DNA of 64,000 nt from Fidelibacterota bacterium (GTDB lineage Bacteria > Fidelibacterota > UBA8477): the NCBI GenBank assembly GCA_021734065.1, contig JAIPJQ010000002.1, forward strand, positions 2,136 to 66,135, read 5' to 3'. The position numbers and the translations under genes were made by a program. The notes below the pieces were generated by a model, which worked only from the letters and a program-made list of their open reading frames with translations, was not told the DNA's origin and did not search any database. Positions 38,279 through 48,609 of this stretch are shown one piece after another. The stretch's first letter is position 1. Each line of letters starts with the position of its first letter.

Positions 38279-40945
38279 TTAAAGGTTGAATAAATAGCTG
38301 GCTTTGATGAGGAAAATGTCGTTGGGAGAGCTGCTGAACAACGTATTCAGGTCATCGCTCAGGGCGAATTCTCCCTGATTCATAGAATCAGTACGTCCCT
38401 GAGACCATACCAGATACAGGGTACTTCCGGGGCGGTATTCCCAGCGCAAGACCAGATTGGAATTGTACTGCTTGTAATTGAAATCCCGTTGCGGGAGCGA
38501 GAAGTTCATCACGCCATCCTGCTCCACATCCACTTCATATTGTTCAGCGGTAGCATCCCAGATGATTTCATTGCCCTGTAATTTGTGGTAGCGCCGGGAG
38601 ATTTCACGAGCTTCCGGGTCCACAACCATTAAATGTTGCGTATATCCACCGGCAGTGATAAAAGGTGATGCGTAATACTGCAGTGTGAGTTCAGGTGTCA
38701 AAGTCACATCCACCCGTAAGGTTGTGTTCAGTGAACGCTGATTCAGTTTGGCCACGATATAGTGTTTTTCACCGGTTTGGTCATCCACCGGATTGGCATA
38801 CCAGGCGGTATTATCAATGGTATGATTCAAATCGGCAGACAGATTCAGCACCACATTGTAAAAGGGCCGGTAAGTGGTGTAAAAACTGGTTCCTCGCCAA
38901 TTGCTCCCATCCACATTTTGTCCGGAATGACCATTGTAACCCACTATCCAGTCCTTACGATAATCGGTCTGCATGCCCCACCAACCATTGACTGCCGGAT
39001 CAATGTACAGCCGCGGTCCACCACGTAACAGGTTCACCGAATACCGCCACTGCGAGTAATTGATACCCATATTCATACTCCAGTAATTGGGAAAATGATA
39101 CCACCCATTCGTATTCAGGTTGAATCCCAGTTTCTCACCACTATTGGTATACGACATGGACTGATTGAAGTTAATCCCAATACTATTATAGTAACGGGTC
39201 GCTTCATTCTTGCGGTAGCCCAGCCAGATAAATTCCATCTGATTGTCCACTGCCTGGTGAAACCCCAGATCATTGGCTTCGAAACCCGGTGAATATCCGA
39301 TAAATCCGATAGCACCACGCCAGTCACCGCCACCGGATTTTCCGAAAACAACTTTATGGGCGACACCACTTAAGGACGTTGCGCTGGAATCCAGCTTCAA
39401 ATAGTCCGCACCTTCACCCGGGCGCTGAAAAAAGTGGGACGGACTCGTCTGTGTATTCAGAATCGCGTCAGTGGATCCTAGTACATGGGTGCCTGCCAGG
39501 GCAAGTTGAATATAATAACGATCTTTCCAGAAGTTGTGGGTCAGGTCCATACCGCTGGCGTAGGCGTCGCGCCGTAACCAGCTCAATTGCGGTTCATTGG
39601 AAAGGTTGCGATTGGTAGCGGTCAATATCCCACCAATGGCCGTTCGACCGTCATTAAAATCGCGCTGGATTCGGGAGACAAAATAATTGGTGGGTGGCTC
39701 AACTGTCTCCGTGAAATCTGATGCGATATCAGAACGCAGTGTAGCTGTTTCCCGGGCTGTGATGGCATCCAGAACACCGATGGACCAACCGGATTGGGTA
39801 CGCCCACTGACTTTCACGGCCGTTCGGATATTGGTGCTGTTGGGCATGTCCACATGGTAGCCGGAATCCGGATCAACGGAGGGGTAAGATTGTGGTGAAC
39901 GACCGATGCGGCGGGAATAAAAGAGGGACAGATTTTGCAAATCCCCGTCACCAAACCCCAGCGAATAATGAAAAATGTTGCTCCCTTCTACAAAAAAGGG
40001 GCGCTTCTCAGAAAAGTAGCTCTCGAAAGCCGATAGATTTAATTCAGCGGGATCAGCCTCCACCTGACCAAAATCAGGATTGATGGTCACATCCATGGTA
40101 AGGTCATTGGTAAGTCCGTATTTGATATCCACGCCCATTTTTTTGGAAAAGTTATAATCGTCCCCGTGTGTTTCATTCACCAACTCTGAAGATCGGTTAT
40201 AAGTGCTATTGGCGTAGGGTGCTACATAGAGACGCCTCTGTCGGGGGATATCGTCCAGCCCGGTCAATCCTCCAAAATGGCGAACAAAACCCGATTCATT
40301 CTGCGGCCAGTAAGCCCACCAGTCCTCCTCGCCAAGTCGGCTGATATTGCGATAGATCTGTAATCCAAAGGTATGGCTGTTGGCATCGGAAAATCGCAAT
40401 TCGCGCAAAGGGATTTTGAACTCAGCCGACCAACCGTCTCCCTCCACCGATGTTTTCCCCTCCCAGAGCGCATCCCAATTCTGGTCTTGTCCGTCGTCAT
40501 TAAACCAGCGCATATCCGACTTGACACCAGCCGGATTCAGTCCAAATCCAAACCCGGTCCGATTGTCATTATAGCTGTCAAAACCCACATAAACCCAATC
40601 TGATGGTGAGTCTTCGTCCCGACGGGTGAGGATACTTCTTATCTTATCAACTTCAGAATCATAGGCATAGATGCCCACATACAGATATTTTTCATCATAA
40701 AGAACCGTAAACCGGGTGGTCTCTGAAACTGATATGCCATCATAAGGCTGACGCTGGACAAGGTCTGATCGAAATGTCGCACGCCGCCAGGCCGGGTCAT
40801 CCAACTTCCCATCAATGTGAATTGCCTCAGGAGCAACTCGCATGGCAGTAAATACCTTGTTGGAGGATCGGGACCAGGCGGATTCAGACTGGCTTCTTCC
40901 GAACATTAGAGCAAATAAGAGCAGGGATAGAATCGCTATACGCAT
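38279..40945 (-). CDS. Secreted CBM9-like / DUF5916-type protein (signal peptide; large β-rich C-terminal region)
   Basis: 888 aa. Signal peptide MRIAILSLLLFALMF. The CBM9 hallmark IDGKLDDPAW lies near the N-terminus. The C-terminus ends ...KASYLFNL. Confidence 0.55.
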   Translation of the reverse strand: MRIAILSLLLFALMFGRSQSESAWSRSSNKVFTAMRVAPEAIHIDGKLDDPAWRRATFRSDLVQRQPYDGISVSETTRFTVLYDEKYLYVGIYAYDSEVDKIRSILTRRDEDSPSDWVYVGFDSYNDNRTGFGFGLNPAGVKSDMRWFNDDGQDQNWDALWEGKTSVEGDGWSAEFKIPLRELRFSDANSHTFGLQIYRNISRLGEEDWWAYWPQNESGFVRHFGGLTGLDDIPRQRRLYVAPYANSTYNRSSELVNETHGDDYNFSKKMGVDIKYGLTNDLTMDVTINPDFGQVEADPAELNLSAFESYFSEKRPFFVEGSNIFHYSLGFGDGDLQNLSLFYSRRIGRSPQSYPSVDPDSGYHVDMPNSTNIRTAVKVSGRTQSGWSIGVLDAITARETATLRSDIASDFTETVEPPTNYFVSRIQRDFNDGRTAIGGILTATNRNLSNEPQLSWLRRDAYASGMDLTHNFWKDRYYIQLALAGTHVLGSTDAILNTQTSPSHFFQRPGEGADYLKLDSSATSLSGVAHKVVFGKSGGGDWRGAIGFIGYSPGFEANDLGFHQAVDNQMEFIWLGYRKNEATRYYNSIGINFNQSMSYTNSGEKLGFNLNTNGWYHFPNYWSMNMGINYSQWRYSVNLLRGGPRLYIDPAVNGWWGMQTDYRKDWIVGYNGHSGQNVDGSNWRGTSFYTTYRPFYNVVLNLSADLNHTIDNTAWYANPVDDQTGEKHYIVAKLNQRSLNTTLRVDVTLTPELTLQYYASPFITAGGYTQHLMVVDPEAREISRRYHKLQGNEIIWDATAEQYEVDVEQDGVMNFSLPQRDFNYKQYNSNLVLRWEYRPGSTLYLVWSQGRTDSMNQGEFALSDDLNTLFSSSPNDIFLIKASYLFNL

Positions 40946-41213
40946 GTCTTTACCTTATTTTAGTTCCATGTTGCGCACCTTAGACCAGCCAAATGAAAAG
41001 GGTTGTCATTTGAAACTTTTAAAATTAACTACCGCCCTGAAATTGACCGGCTGGAAACATAACAACCGGGATCGGAGATTAGAAAATGGTTATCGCCATA
41101 CTCGTTACCAGGGACAATCGAAATTCAGAAACTGAAAATTTGGGATATCCGACCGCTGTCCAGATAATGCAACGACACTCTTTAGTGAGTACTCAAGGGA
41201 ACACCCAATAACC

Positions 41214-44200
41214 ATGCGCGTTTTCATTTCCATGCGATTTTTAACACTTTTCCTCATCAGTACCTGCGTTTTGGCATTACAAATCGAACAAATCTCTCAG
41301 GGCGAATCCGATCTGCTGGTGTCACTGGAGATTAAAGCATCGACCTATGAGACTGTCTTCACAGTGGGTGATCGTCACCTGAACTTACCGGCAGTACCAG
41401 ACGCGGATTGGACCTATTTTCCCGGCCGGAATACGCTACGACCGCTCATAACCATTCCCATTGTACTGCCCCCCGACGGCCGACTGCCCACGCTGCAGGT
41501 GCTGGACCAGACAGTCACCCAATTATCCTTTGAATTTCCCGAATTTTCACCACAGGAAGCAGAACTTTCCGGCGTCTCCCGTGCGGATGGCTCCCTGGAT
41601 CCCAATGCAGCGGCTCAGGTGGTAAGGACCGGGCGTAGTGGACAACGCTGGTTCGGCGCGGTGCTCATTCAGCCACTCACGCTGGAGGGGCAACAAATCA
41701 CCGCCCTGTCCCTGCGTCTGGATTTTGGTCAGACACCGCAACTTCAGGTTGATTCCGGACCGGTGAAGATCCCGGCATTGAATGCCGAAATGGCAAAAGG
41801 CTGGACGATTCCCCGGGGAAAAAAACTGTCCCGGCGTGTTGACAACCCTCCGGAGGGCTCCTGGTACAAAATCCCCATCCGTGAAAATGGAGTTTATGCC
41901 ATCACGCGCACCAGCCTGTCCGGATCGCTGCCCCAGATCGCGCCGGAGAAATGGCGGCTCTTTGCCCCCTACTCGCAAGGGAGAACATTACCACAGAACC
42001 TGGAAGTTGATGGCGTCATACCACCCAATCTGATTGAGATCAGTTATCAGGGTATGGGACTTGGTGATGGTGAACTAAACGAGGGTGATCAATTGCGCTT
42101 TTTCGCCCGGGGACCCAATGGCGACCTGCATGGCGACCATGTGACCAATCCTTTTTTTAATGAAGTGTACTATTGGCTGCTCATTCCCTCCGATCCCAAC
42201 GCGGAGGGCAAATCCATTCCAACTCTCACATCCCTGGATGGCGATACCGACACCATCATCAATACCTACAAAGAGGTGTTCTATCACGAAAAAGAGCAGA
42301 AAAACCCTCTGCGGTCCGGCCTTACCTGGTTCGGTGAACAATTCGTGGGAACCAGCACAACCCTTACACTAAAGTTTGACGCCTGGGACCCTGTTACCAC
42401 GGGTGATTTGACGGTTTCAGCCCGCTTTTACCCCAGCCTGGAAAGCAGCTTAGGTTCTGATAATCATTCGGTTTCCATTCTGGCAAATCAGACAACCCTG
42501 CGCCAGTACAATACCACCGGCACAATGCCGTTTAATGTGTTCGGAACGGCCAATGCCGGGGTGCTGAACCAGGGTGAAAATCAAATTCGATTACATTATC
42601 AGTCCAATCGCAGTCAGAGCGAAATCTACCTGGACTCACTACGCCTGAGTTACGAGCGCCCTTTAGCGCCGAAATCCGGCGAAATCGTCATGGCTCATCT
42701 GCATTTGGACGCAGGTCTGAATCGGGTGGTGTTCACCAATCTGAATAGCAACGATCATTTTTGGGATGTGAGTGATCCGGCTGCTCCGGCTCAATTGACC
42801 ATTCAGGCGAATCAATTTCAGTTGAACGGACCAGGCGCCTTACATCTGCTGGGATTCAGCGATGATGATGTTCGAACCGCCACAACCATAGAAGTGTCAG
42901 ATTTTACGTATCAGTTGCGGCGCCCGGAAATTGATGGTGAATATATCGTCATTGCACCTAAGATTTTCAGTCAGGAAGCCGAACGAATCAAGGATCTCCG
43001 GGAAAACCGGGTGCTTCCAGAGGATCGAATGACGGTGAAGATCGCCTATATAGAGGATATTTATCGGGAATTCGCAGCCGGCGCCCAGGATCCCATCGCC
43101 ATTCGGAATTTTATCAGTTATGCCTATTGGAATTGGCAAACCCAGCCTGGCTATGTTTTCATTTTAGGAGATGCTGATTATGATTACCGAAATTATACCG
43201 GCCAGTCCAAAATTTTAGTTCCCGTCTGGGAAACGGACGGAACCAGCAGCGGCAATCTGAGTGACATTGCAACACGCGCTACAGATGATTTTTACGTCTA
43301 TGTAGTCGGTGGACCCGGTGACCGTGCACCTGACCTGGCCATTGGGCGATTACCGGCGCGAGATTTAACTTCACTCACCATCATGGTGGATAAAATTGAC
43401 GCCTATCAGACCAATCCGGTGCCCGGGGTCTGGCGAAATACGGCGATTCTGGTCGGTGACGATCCCTTACGTCCGTCTGTGGGTGAAACAATGCATATTG
43501 GACAATGCGAGGACCTTTACAATCGTCTGCCGGCTTCTTTCATCACCAAAAAAATCTACCTTACCGAATACCCGGATGTACAGGATCCCACATCTGCTTA
43601 TGTACGCAAACCGGATGCCCGGGAAGATTTGCTACAGAAGATTTATGATGGCGCTGCCATTATTACCTATATGGGTCATGGCAGCCCCACAGTCTGGGCG
43701 CAGGAACGGGTATTCACCCAAAGCGATTTACCCCGCCTGGACACGGGGATGAAATTACCCTTCTGGGTAGCTGGTACCTGTGACTGGGGCTATTTCGATG
43801 ATGTGAACAGTAATTGCGTGCCTGAAACGATTCTCAATATGCGGGACGAAGGCGGTGTTGGCATTCTCACAGCAACCCGTAAAGTGGGTTCTTTTTCCAA
43901 TGCCACACTGATGAAATCGGTCTATGAAGGTTTGTTTCAATATGGTGATCGCAGCACATCCAATACATTGGGCGATGCGGTTCGTCTTGGAAAATCAAGC
44001 AGTTTTAATACAATGAATGATGAGAAGTATGTACTCTTTACAGACCCGGCACTGAAGCTGGTCAGCCCAAGGGACAAGGGCGTCATGGAGCAGGTTACAC
44101 CATCTCAACCCCGCGCTCTGGGGAAACTAGCCTTTTCCGGAGATGTCCAATCGGACGCGCCATTGGATGGCCAGGCTGTGGTGACCGCGTATGACTCCAA

Positions 44201-45125
44201 ACGGAATGTGACGCGTCATTATTCCGGGTATGTCCCCAACAGCTCCCAGGGGTATTATGAAGGCGATATCTCCTACATCCTGCCGGGTCAGCGCATTTTC
44301 CGCGGGCTTATAAGCGTTACTTCTGGTGCATTCAGCGGTGAATTCACCATTCCCAAAGACATTCGCTACGTGGGCCGTTCCGGAATTTTGAATGTTCAAT
44401 ATTGGGATACGCAGGGGCATTCAGGTGTCGCTTTTGTGGATACGCTGAGTTTTACAGGCAGTGATTCCACCAGCACTGACGAAACCGGGCCTGATATCCA
44501 GTTCTACTACTTTGGACAGCCGTTGATGAATGGATATCAGGTGCTGGGAAGTGACAATCTCACGATTGAAATCTACGATGAAAATGGCATCAACCTCACC
44601 GGTGTTGCCGGACACGGCATTTCGCTGGCCATTGATGAAGATTGGGTCAATGCGGTGGATGTAACCGAACTCTATGAATATGATGTGGATCGCACCGACC
44701 TGGGCAGACTCGATGTTCTGCTTGCCAATATGGAGGAGGGGACCCACACGGTGAGTGTGAAAGCCTGGGATAATTTCAACAATCCAAATGTGAGCACCAT
44801 TTCCCTCAACTTTACCAGTTCCACTGAATTCCAGATCGTGGATATTTACAATTATCCCAACCCCATGACCTCGGAGACAATTTTCTGGTTCCGGTTAACC
44901 GATGCAGCCGATGTGAAAATTAAAATATTTTCCCTGGGAGGACGCATGGTACGCACCATTTCACTGGGGAGCGTGGGAAAAGGCTATCATATGGGGCACT
45001 GGGATGGCCGGGATGAGTTTGGTCAGTTACTGGCGAATGGTGTCTATCTGTATGTGGTGGAGGCAAAGTATGACCTGGCTGCTGATCCGCGACAGGCGAT
45101 TCAGAAATTGGTGATTTCTCGATGA
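41214..45125 (+). CDS. Peptidase C25 (gingipain-like) family protein with a T9SS C-terminal sorting domain
   Basis: 1303 aa. Signal peptide. C25 catalytic motifs ITYMGHGSPTVWA (His) and FWVAGTCDWGYFDD (Cys). C-terminal ~80 aa (FQIVDIYNYPNP...KIKIFSLGGRMV...GVYLYVVEA) resembles a T9SS type-A C-terminal domain. Confidence 0.7.
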   Translation: MRVFISMRFLTLFLISTCVLALQIEQISQGESDLLVSLEIKASTYETVFTVGDRHLNLPAVPDADWTYFPGRNTLRPLITIPIVLPPDGRLPTLQVLDQTVTQLSFEFPEFSPQEAELSGVSRADGSLDPNAAAQVVRTGRSGQRWFGAVLIQPLTLEGQQITALSLRLDFGQTPQLQVDSGPVKIPALNAEMAKGWTIPRGKKLSRRVDNPPEGSWYKIPIRENGVYAITRTSLSGSLPQIAPEKWRLFAPYSQGRTLPQNLEVDGVIPPNLIEISYQGMGLGDGELNEGDQLRFFARGPNGDLHGDHVTNPFFNEVYYWLLIPSDPNAEGKSIPTLTSLDGDTDTIINTYKEVFYHEKEQKNPLRSGLTWFGEQFVGTSTTLTLKFDAWDPVTTGDLTVSARFYPSLESSLGSDNHSVSILANQTTLRQYNTTGTMPFNVFGTANAGVLNQGENQIRLHYQSNRSQSEIYLDSLRLSYERPLAPKSGEIVMAHLHLDAGLNRVVFTNLNSNDHFWDVSDPAAPAQLTIQANQFQLNGPGALHLLGFSDDDVRTATTIEVSDFTYQLRRPEIDGEYIVIAPKIFSQEAERIKDLRENRVLPEDRMTVKIAYIEDIYREFAAGAQDPIAIRNFISYAYWNWQTQPGYVFILGDADYDYRNYTGQSKILVPVWETDGTSSGNLSDIATRATDDFYVYVVGGPGDRAPDLAIGRLPARDLTSLTIMVDKIDAYQTNPVPGVWRNTAILVGDDPLRPSVGETMHIGQCEDLYNRLPASFITKKIYLTEYPDVQDPTSAYVRKPDAREDLLQKIYDGAAIITYMGHGSPTVWAQERVFTQSDLPRLDTGMKLPFWVAGTCDWGYFDDVNSNCVPETILNMRDEGGVGILTATRKVGSFSNATLMKSVYEGLFQYGDRSTSNTLGDAVRLGKSSSFNTMNDEKYVLFTDPALKLVSPRDKGVMEQVTPSQPRALGKLAFSGDVQSDAPLDGQAVVTAYDSKRNVTRHYSGYVPNSSQGYYEGDISYILPGQRIFRGLISVTSGAFSGEFTIPKDIRYVGRSGILNVQYWDTQGHSGVAFVDTLSFTGSDSTSTDETGPDIQFYYFGQPLMNGYQVLGSDNLTIEIYDENGINLTGVAGHGISLAIDEDWVNAVDVTELYEYDVDRTDLGRLDVLLANMEEGTHTVSVKAWDNFNNPNVSTISLNFTSSTEFQIVDIYNYPNPMTSETIFWFRLTDAADVKIKIFSLGGRMVRTISLGSVGKGYHMGHWDGRDEFGQLLANGVYLYVVEAKYDLAADPRQAIQKLVISR

Positions 45126-45721
45126 TCCCAACGTTCACCTGCCCCATCACACTGGCCAGCCAATCTCCCAGGCGAATTGAATTGCTGCACAAAATCGGAC
45201 TTGAATTTTCCGTGCATCCTGCCGGAGTTCCAGAACCACCTGCTGTTCCCGGTGAAAATCCCCTGGAGTATGCACAAAAAATGGCTCTCATGAAAGCCCG
45301 CAAGGTTGCGGATGAACTTCCTGACCACCTGGTGATCGGTGCTGATACGGTTGTGGTGGTGGCGGAAAATATTTTAGGCAAACCCGCCACAGACGACGAA
45401 GCCCGCGAGATGCTGAATCTACTGGCAAATCGCTGGCACTTGGTGACCACGGCTTACGCTATGGTCAAGCAGGATCAGCAGTTTGAATTCGCCCATCAGC
45501 AGACTACCCGGGTCCATTTCCGGGCGCTTTCGACGGCAGAGATTGAGCATTACATCAATACCGGGAGTCCCTTCGACAAAGCCGGTGCTTACGGGATTCA
45601 GGATTACTCTGCCATCTTTGTGGATGCCATTGACGGGTGCTTTTATAATGTGGTGGGCTTGCCGCTGAGTCATCTGGTTGACTCGTTAATAATTGTGAGT
45701 GACCAGCTCAGCTCCGCTTGA
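45122..45721 (+). CDS. maf: Maf-like nucleoside triphosphate pyrophosphatase
   Basis: ITLASQSPRRIELL N-terminus. Its start overlaps the upstream stop (ATGA). Confidence 0.8.
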   Translation: MIPTFTCPITLASQSPRRIELLHKIGLEFSVHPAGVPEPPAVPGENPLEYAQKMALMKARKVADELPDHLVIGADTVVVVAENILGKPATDDEAREMLNLLANRWHLVTTAYAMVKQDQQFEFAHQQTTRVHFRALSTAEIEHYINTGSPFDKAGAYGIQDYSAIFVDAIDGCFYNVVGLPLSHLVDSLIIVSDQLSSA

Positions 45722-45779
45722 TTTACCACGCGCGAAGCGTTAAAATTCCTCTAATACTGAATAACTGCTAGGAGTACCC

Positions 45780-46583
45780 GTGGCCTTCCATGAGGATTTG
45801 AAAAGTTACCGTCTGAAACAGAACATTACGCTGGAAGAAATTTCCGACCGCACAAAAATCAACATTAATACACTCAAGGCATTCGAAGAGGGCGATTTCA
45901 GTAGTTTGCCCACGACGTATGTGCGGCTATTTCTGAAAGCGTATGCCAAAGAGATCGGCATGACGGAAGAGGAAGTGCTGCGGAATTACGAAAATGAAGT
46001 TCAATTTGCCGGTCAAAGCGAATCACAGGCACGTAAAGAATCGGCTCGCCGGGCGGAGGAGCCATCATCAAATGCCAAACCTAAATCCGATGCTTCCGGT
46101 CAACGGATACTGCTCAATAGTCCGAATCAACCAGCTACCAAAAAAATAATTGTCAGCGCCATTATTCTTATCCTGATCATTGTATTTGGTAAACTGGCCA
46201 TGCGACCATCCGATGAGCCGGAGAAACAACCACCTGCCGTGATTGCTCCACCCGCTTTAAGTTTGTTTGAAAAATCCGACTCCCTATCCTGGGGATTATC
46301 CGGTTTATTATCTGATTCAAATGCTGTTGAAGTTGGAGCAAGCCTTCCCGTTACCCTCTACATCAAACGGGATTCTTTACCCACAGATACGGTCCTGGTT
46401 GACTCCGGGCAGGTCTACCTAAATTCCTTCGTCAAACGACTGGACATTTTTGCCTATCCGTCGAATGGAGCGGCATTCGTTCTCATGGATCAACCCCTCC
46501 AGCCCTTTAATCCGGCCAATTCCTGGACTCAGCTCAAGGTCCGGGGAGCGGAGAGCATTCTCTACTCCTATTCATTAAAATAA
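45780..46583 (+). CDS. rodZ: RodZ-like cytoskeleton protein (N-terminal HTH, single TM helix, C-terminal domain)
   Basis: N-terminus ITLEEISDRTKININTLKAFEEGDFSSLPTTYVRLFLKAYAKEIGM parallels the RodZ HTH. A TM helix lies at IIVSAIILILIIVF. Confidence 0.55.
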   Translation: MAFHEDLKSYRLKQNITLEEISDRTKININTLKAFEEGDFSSLPTTYVRLFLKAYAKEIGMTEEEVLRNYENEVQFAGQSESQARKESARRAEEPSSNAKPKSDASGQRILLNSPNQPATKKIIVSAIILILIIVFGKLAMRPSDEPEKQPPAVIAPPALSLFEKSDSLSWGLSGLLSDSNAVEVGASLPVTLYIKRDSLPTDTVLVDSGQVYLNSFVKRLDIFAYPSNGAAFVLMDQPLQPFNPANSWTQLKVRGAESILYSYSLK

Positions 46584-46855
46584 CCCACTTCTCCCCACAC
46601 GGGGTGTTGGTACTTTCAAACAGGCCGCTAAAATGCGGCCTGTTTTGTATTGCATAGAAATAATCCACCGGCATATCTTTTGATATTGTGGGGACTGAAA
46701 CACTTTTCCCCCACTTTTCCATCCGAAAGACAAATATTACACTAAACTATTATAATTACTATACTTTACTGCTATCACGAAATGTTCGTGTCAGCCTGTT
46801 CTTTACTGGGTACAGCACAATTTAATCCTTAGACCAACAATTTTTTCTTGTGTTG

Positions 46856-46891
46856 GTGGGGAATAGTGTGTAAGATTGGGGAAAAGTGGGG
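46856..46891 (+). promoter_or_regulatory. Candidate MraZ operator: GTGGG direct repeats with 10-bp periodicity upstream of mraZ
   Basis: GTGGG at 46856, degenerate GTGTG at 46866, TTGGG at 46876, GTGGG at 46886. They lie 26–60 nt upstream of the mraZ ATG. Confidence 0.4.
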
Positions 46892-46916
46892 TATTTTCCC
46901 ACAATCAAAGGGGCTG

Positions 46917-47378
46917 ATGACATATTTATCGTTCACTGGGGAGTATCACTACTCCATTGATGCCAAGGGGCGGGTTAACCTGCCGGCTCCGCTGCGGAAG
47001 GCACTACCTGAATCCAGTGAGGAAACAGTGGTGCTGACCCGTGGACAGACGGAGAACATCGTTGCATTCCCGCTGGACGAGTGGAAGAAAATCCAACTGG
47101 GATTAAACAAACTCTCTACGATTAACCCACTGCACCGGAACTTCATCCGGAGTCTCACACGCTGGGCATCCTATTGCAAATTTGACTCACAGGGGCGAAT
47201 CGCTATCCCCCAGAATCTCTTAGAGTACGCAAATATTAAAAGAGATGTGACAATTATCGGCCTCAACTCTGAAATCGAAATCTGGGATCCGGAACTGCTG
47301 CAACAGCACGAACAGACCGATTTCAAATTGGATCAGGAAGATTTTGAAAATCTGGCGGATGAATTGCGCCGGCCGTGA
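46917..47378 (+). CDS. mraZ: Transcriptional regulator MraZ
   Basis: MTYLSFTGEYHYSIDAKGRVNLPAPLR, containing duplicated DxxGR motifs. The track's 5' extension from 46848 is rejected; the ATG at 46917 follows AAAGGGG. Confidence 0.85.
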   Translation: MTYLSFTGEYHYSIDAKGRVNLPAPLRKALPESSEETVVLTRGQTENIVAFPLDEWKKIQLGLNKLSTINPLHRNFIRSLTRWASYCKFDSQGRIAIPQNLLEYANIKRDVTIIGLNSEIEIWDPELLQQHEQTDFKLDQEDFENLADELRRP

Positions 47379-48313
47379 CCTCCCCATCACCAGCGTCCGG
47401 CAGCCACAAATCCGTTCTCCGGAACGAAGTGGTGACCTCGTTGGTGACATCCAAACAGGGTATTTATGTGGACGGCACATTCGGGAAGGGCGGTCATACC
47501 CGGGCATTAGCCGCAGCACTTAACAAAAGTGCTACTCTGGTCGGGATTGACCAGGATGCTTCCCTGCTGGAGACGTTTGATCAATCAGGTATTGCACAAT
47601 CCCTTCATTTGGTGCATGCCAACTTCGAAAATCTGGATCAGGCTTTGAGGGCAATGGGTATTCAACAGGTAAACGGAATTCTATTTGATTTGGGGTTGAA
47701 TTCAGCCACCCTGGAGGATGCTGCCCGTGGATTTTCTTTCGATCGTAACGGTCCCCTGGATATGCGTTTCGATCAGAGTAAGTCGCTCACGGCTGCCAAA
47801 GTATTAAATGAATATGACGAGAAATCCCTGAGTAAAATCCTTTTCGAATACGGGGAAGAGAAAGCCGCCCGCAAAATGGCCGCAGCCATTACCAAGCGGC
47901 GAAAAACTACGTCCCTGGAAACCACGGCTGATTTACGCACCATCGTTGCCGAATTGACACCCCATAAGTATCTGGTCAAAGCTTTGTCCAGGGTGTTCCA
48001 GGCAATTCGGATTGAAGTAAATCATGAATTCGAAGCCTTGAGAAGTGGTTTGGAAAAAGGGTTGGACTTATTGGTACCAGGCGGCCGGTTGGCAGTCATT
48101 TCCTACCACTCCCTGGAAGACCGGATCGTAAAGCGCTATTTTCAGTCGCAAGCTTTACAATCGGCGCCCCCAGAAATCCAACCCTATCAAACCACCGTTC
48201 CCGGTCGTGTGAAATTGGTTACCCGTAAACCCATTGTGCCTTCAGTTGAGGAGATTAAGGAAAATCCCCGTGCGCGCAGCGCAAAACTCCGTGTGGTGGA
48301 GCGAATTTCATGA
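47375..48313 (+). CDS. rsmH: 16S rRNA (cytosine1402-N4)-methyltransferase
   Basis: YVDGTFGKGGHTRAL SAM motif. Confidence 0.9.
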   Translation: MTSPSPASGSHKSVLRNEVVTSLVTSKQGIYVDGTFGKGGHTRALAAALNKSATLVGIDQDASLLETFDQSGIAQSLHLVHANFENLDQALRAMGIQQVNGILFDLGLNSATLEDAARGFSFDRNGPLDMRFDQSKSLTAAKVLNEYDEKSLSKILFEYGEEKAARKMAAAITKRRKTTSLETTADLRTIVAELTPHKYLVKALSRVFQAIRIEVNHEFEALRSGLEKGLDLLVPGGRLAVISYHSLEDRIVKRYFQSQALQSAPPEIQPYQTTVPGRVKLVTRKPIVPSVEEIKENPRARSAKLRVVERIS

Positions 48314-48609
48314 AACGGCGTAACGGCACCTTTAGTGAAATTGTGAAAAGCCTGATGTACATCAGCGTCATTCCGTTGGTAGCTGGCGGACTGTTTATGT
48401 ATGTCCATATAGAGGAACAGGTCCGGGAAGCCAGTGCTCAGATTGAAAAGCTGCGGGCACAGGAAGCACAATTACGCAATCGGCAGAGTGTGTTGATTTC
48501 ACAACAGAAGCGCGCCACGCGACCGGACCAGCTCACACTGCGGGCAGTTGAACAGTTAGACATGGTTCAACCGATCCCTGAATCCATAACGATTGTGGTG
48601 CCGCAGTGA
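48310..48609 (+). CDS. ftsL: Cell division protein FtsL (small bitopic protein)
   Basis: 99 aa with a single TM helix plus a coiled coil, between rsmH and ftsI. Start overlaps the upstream stop (ATGA). Confidence 0.65.
   Translation: MKRRNGTFSEIVKSLMYISVIPLVAGGLFMYVHIEEQVREASAQIEKLRAQEAQLRNRQSVLISQQKRATRPDQLTLRAVEQLDMVQPIPESITIVVPQ

Noticed and set aside
41214-45125. Calling the C25 protein PorU outright
   Set aside because: No PorV-like β-barrel gene is adjacent; maf follows. It is recorded only as C25/T9SS-CTD, with PorU as a possibility.
46848-46916. 5' extension of mraZ (MCWWGIVCK...)
   Set aside because: It would overlap the GTGGG operator repeats. The conserved MraZ N-terminus begins at the ATG at 46917, which is preceded by AAAGGGG.
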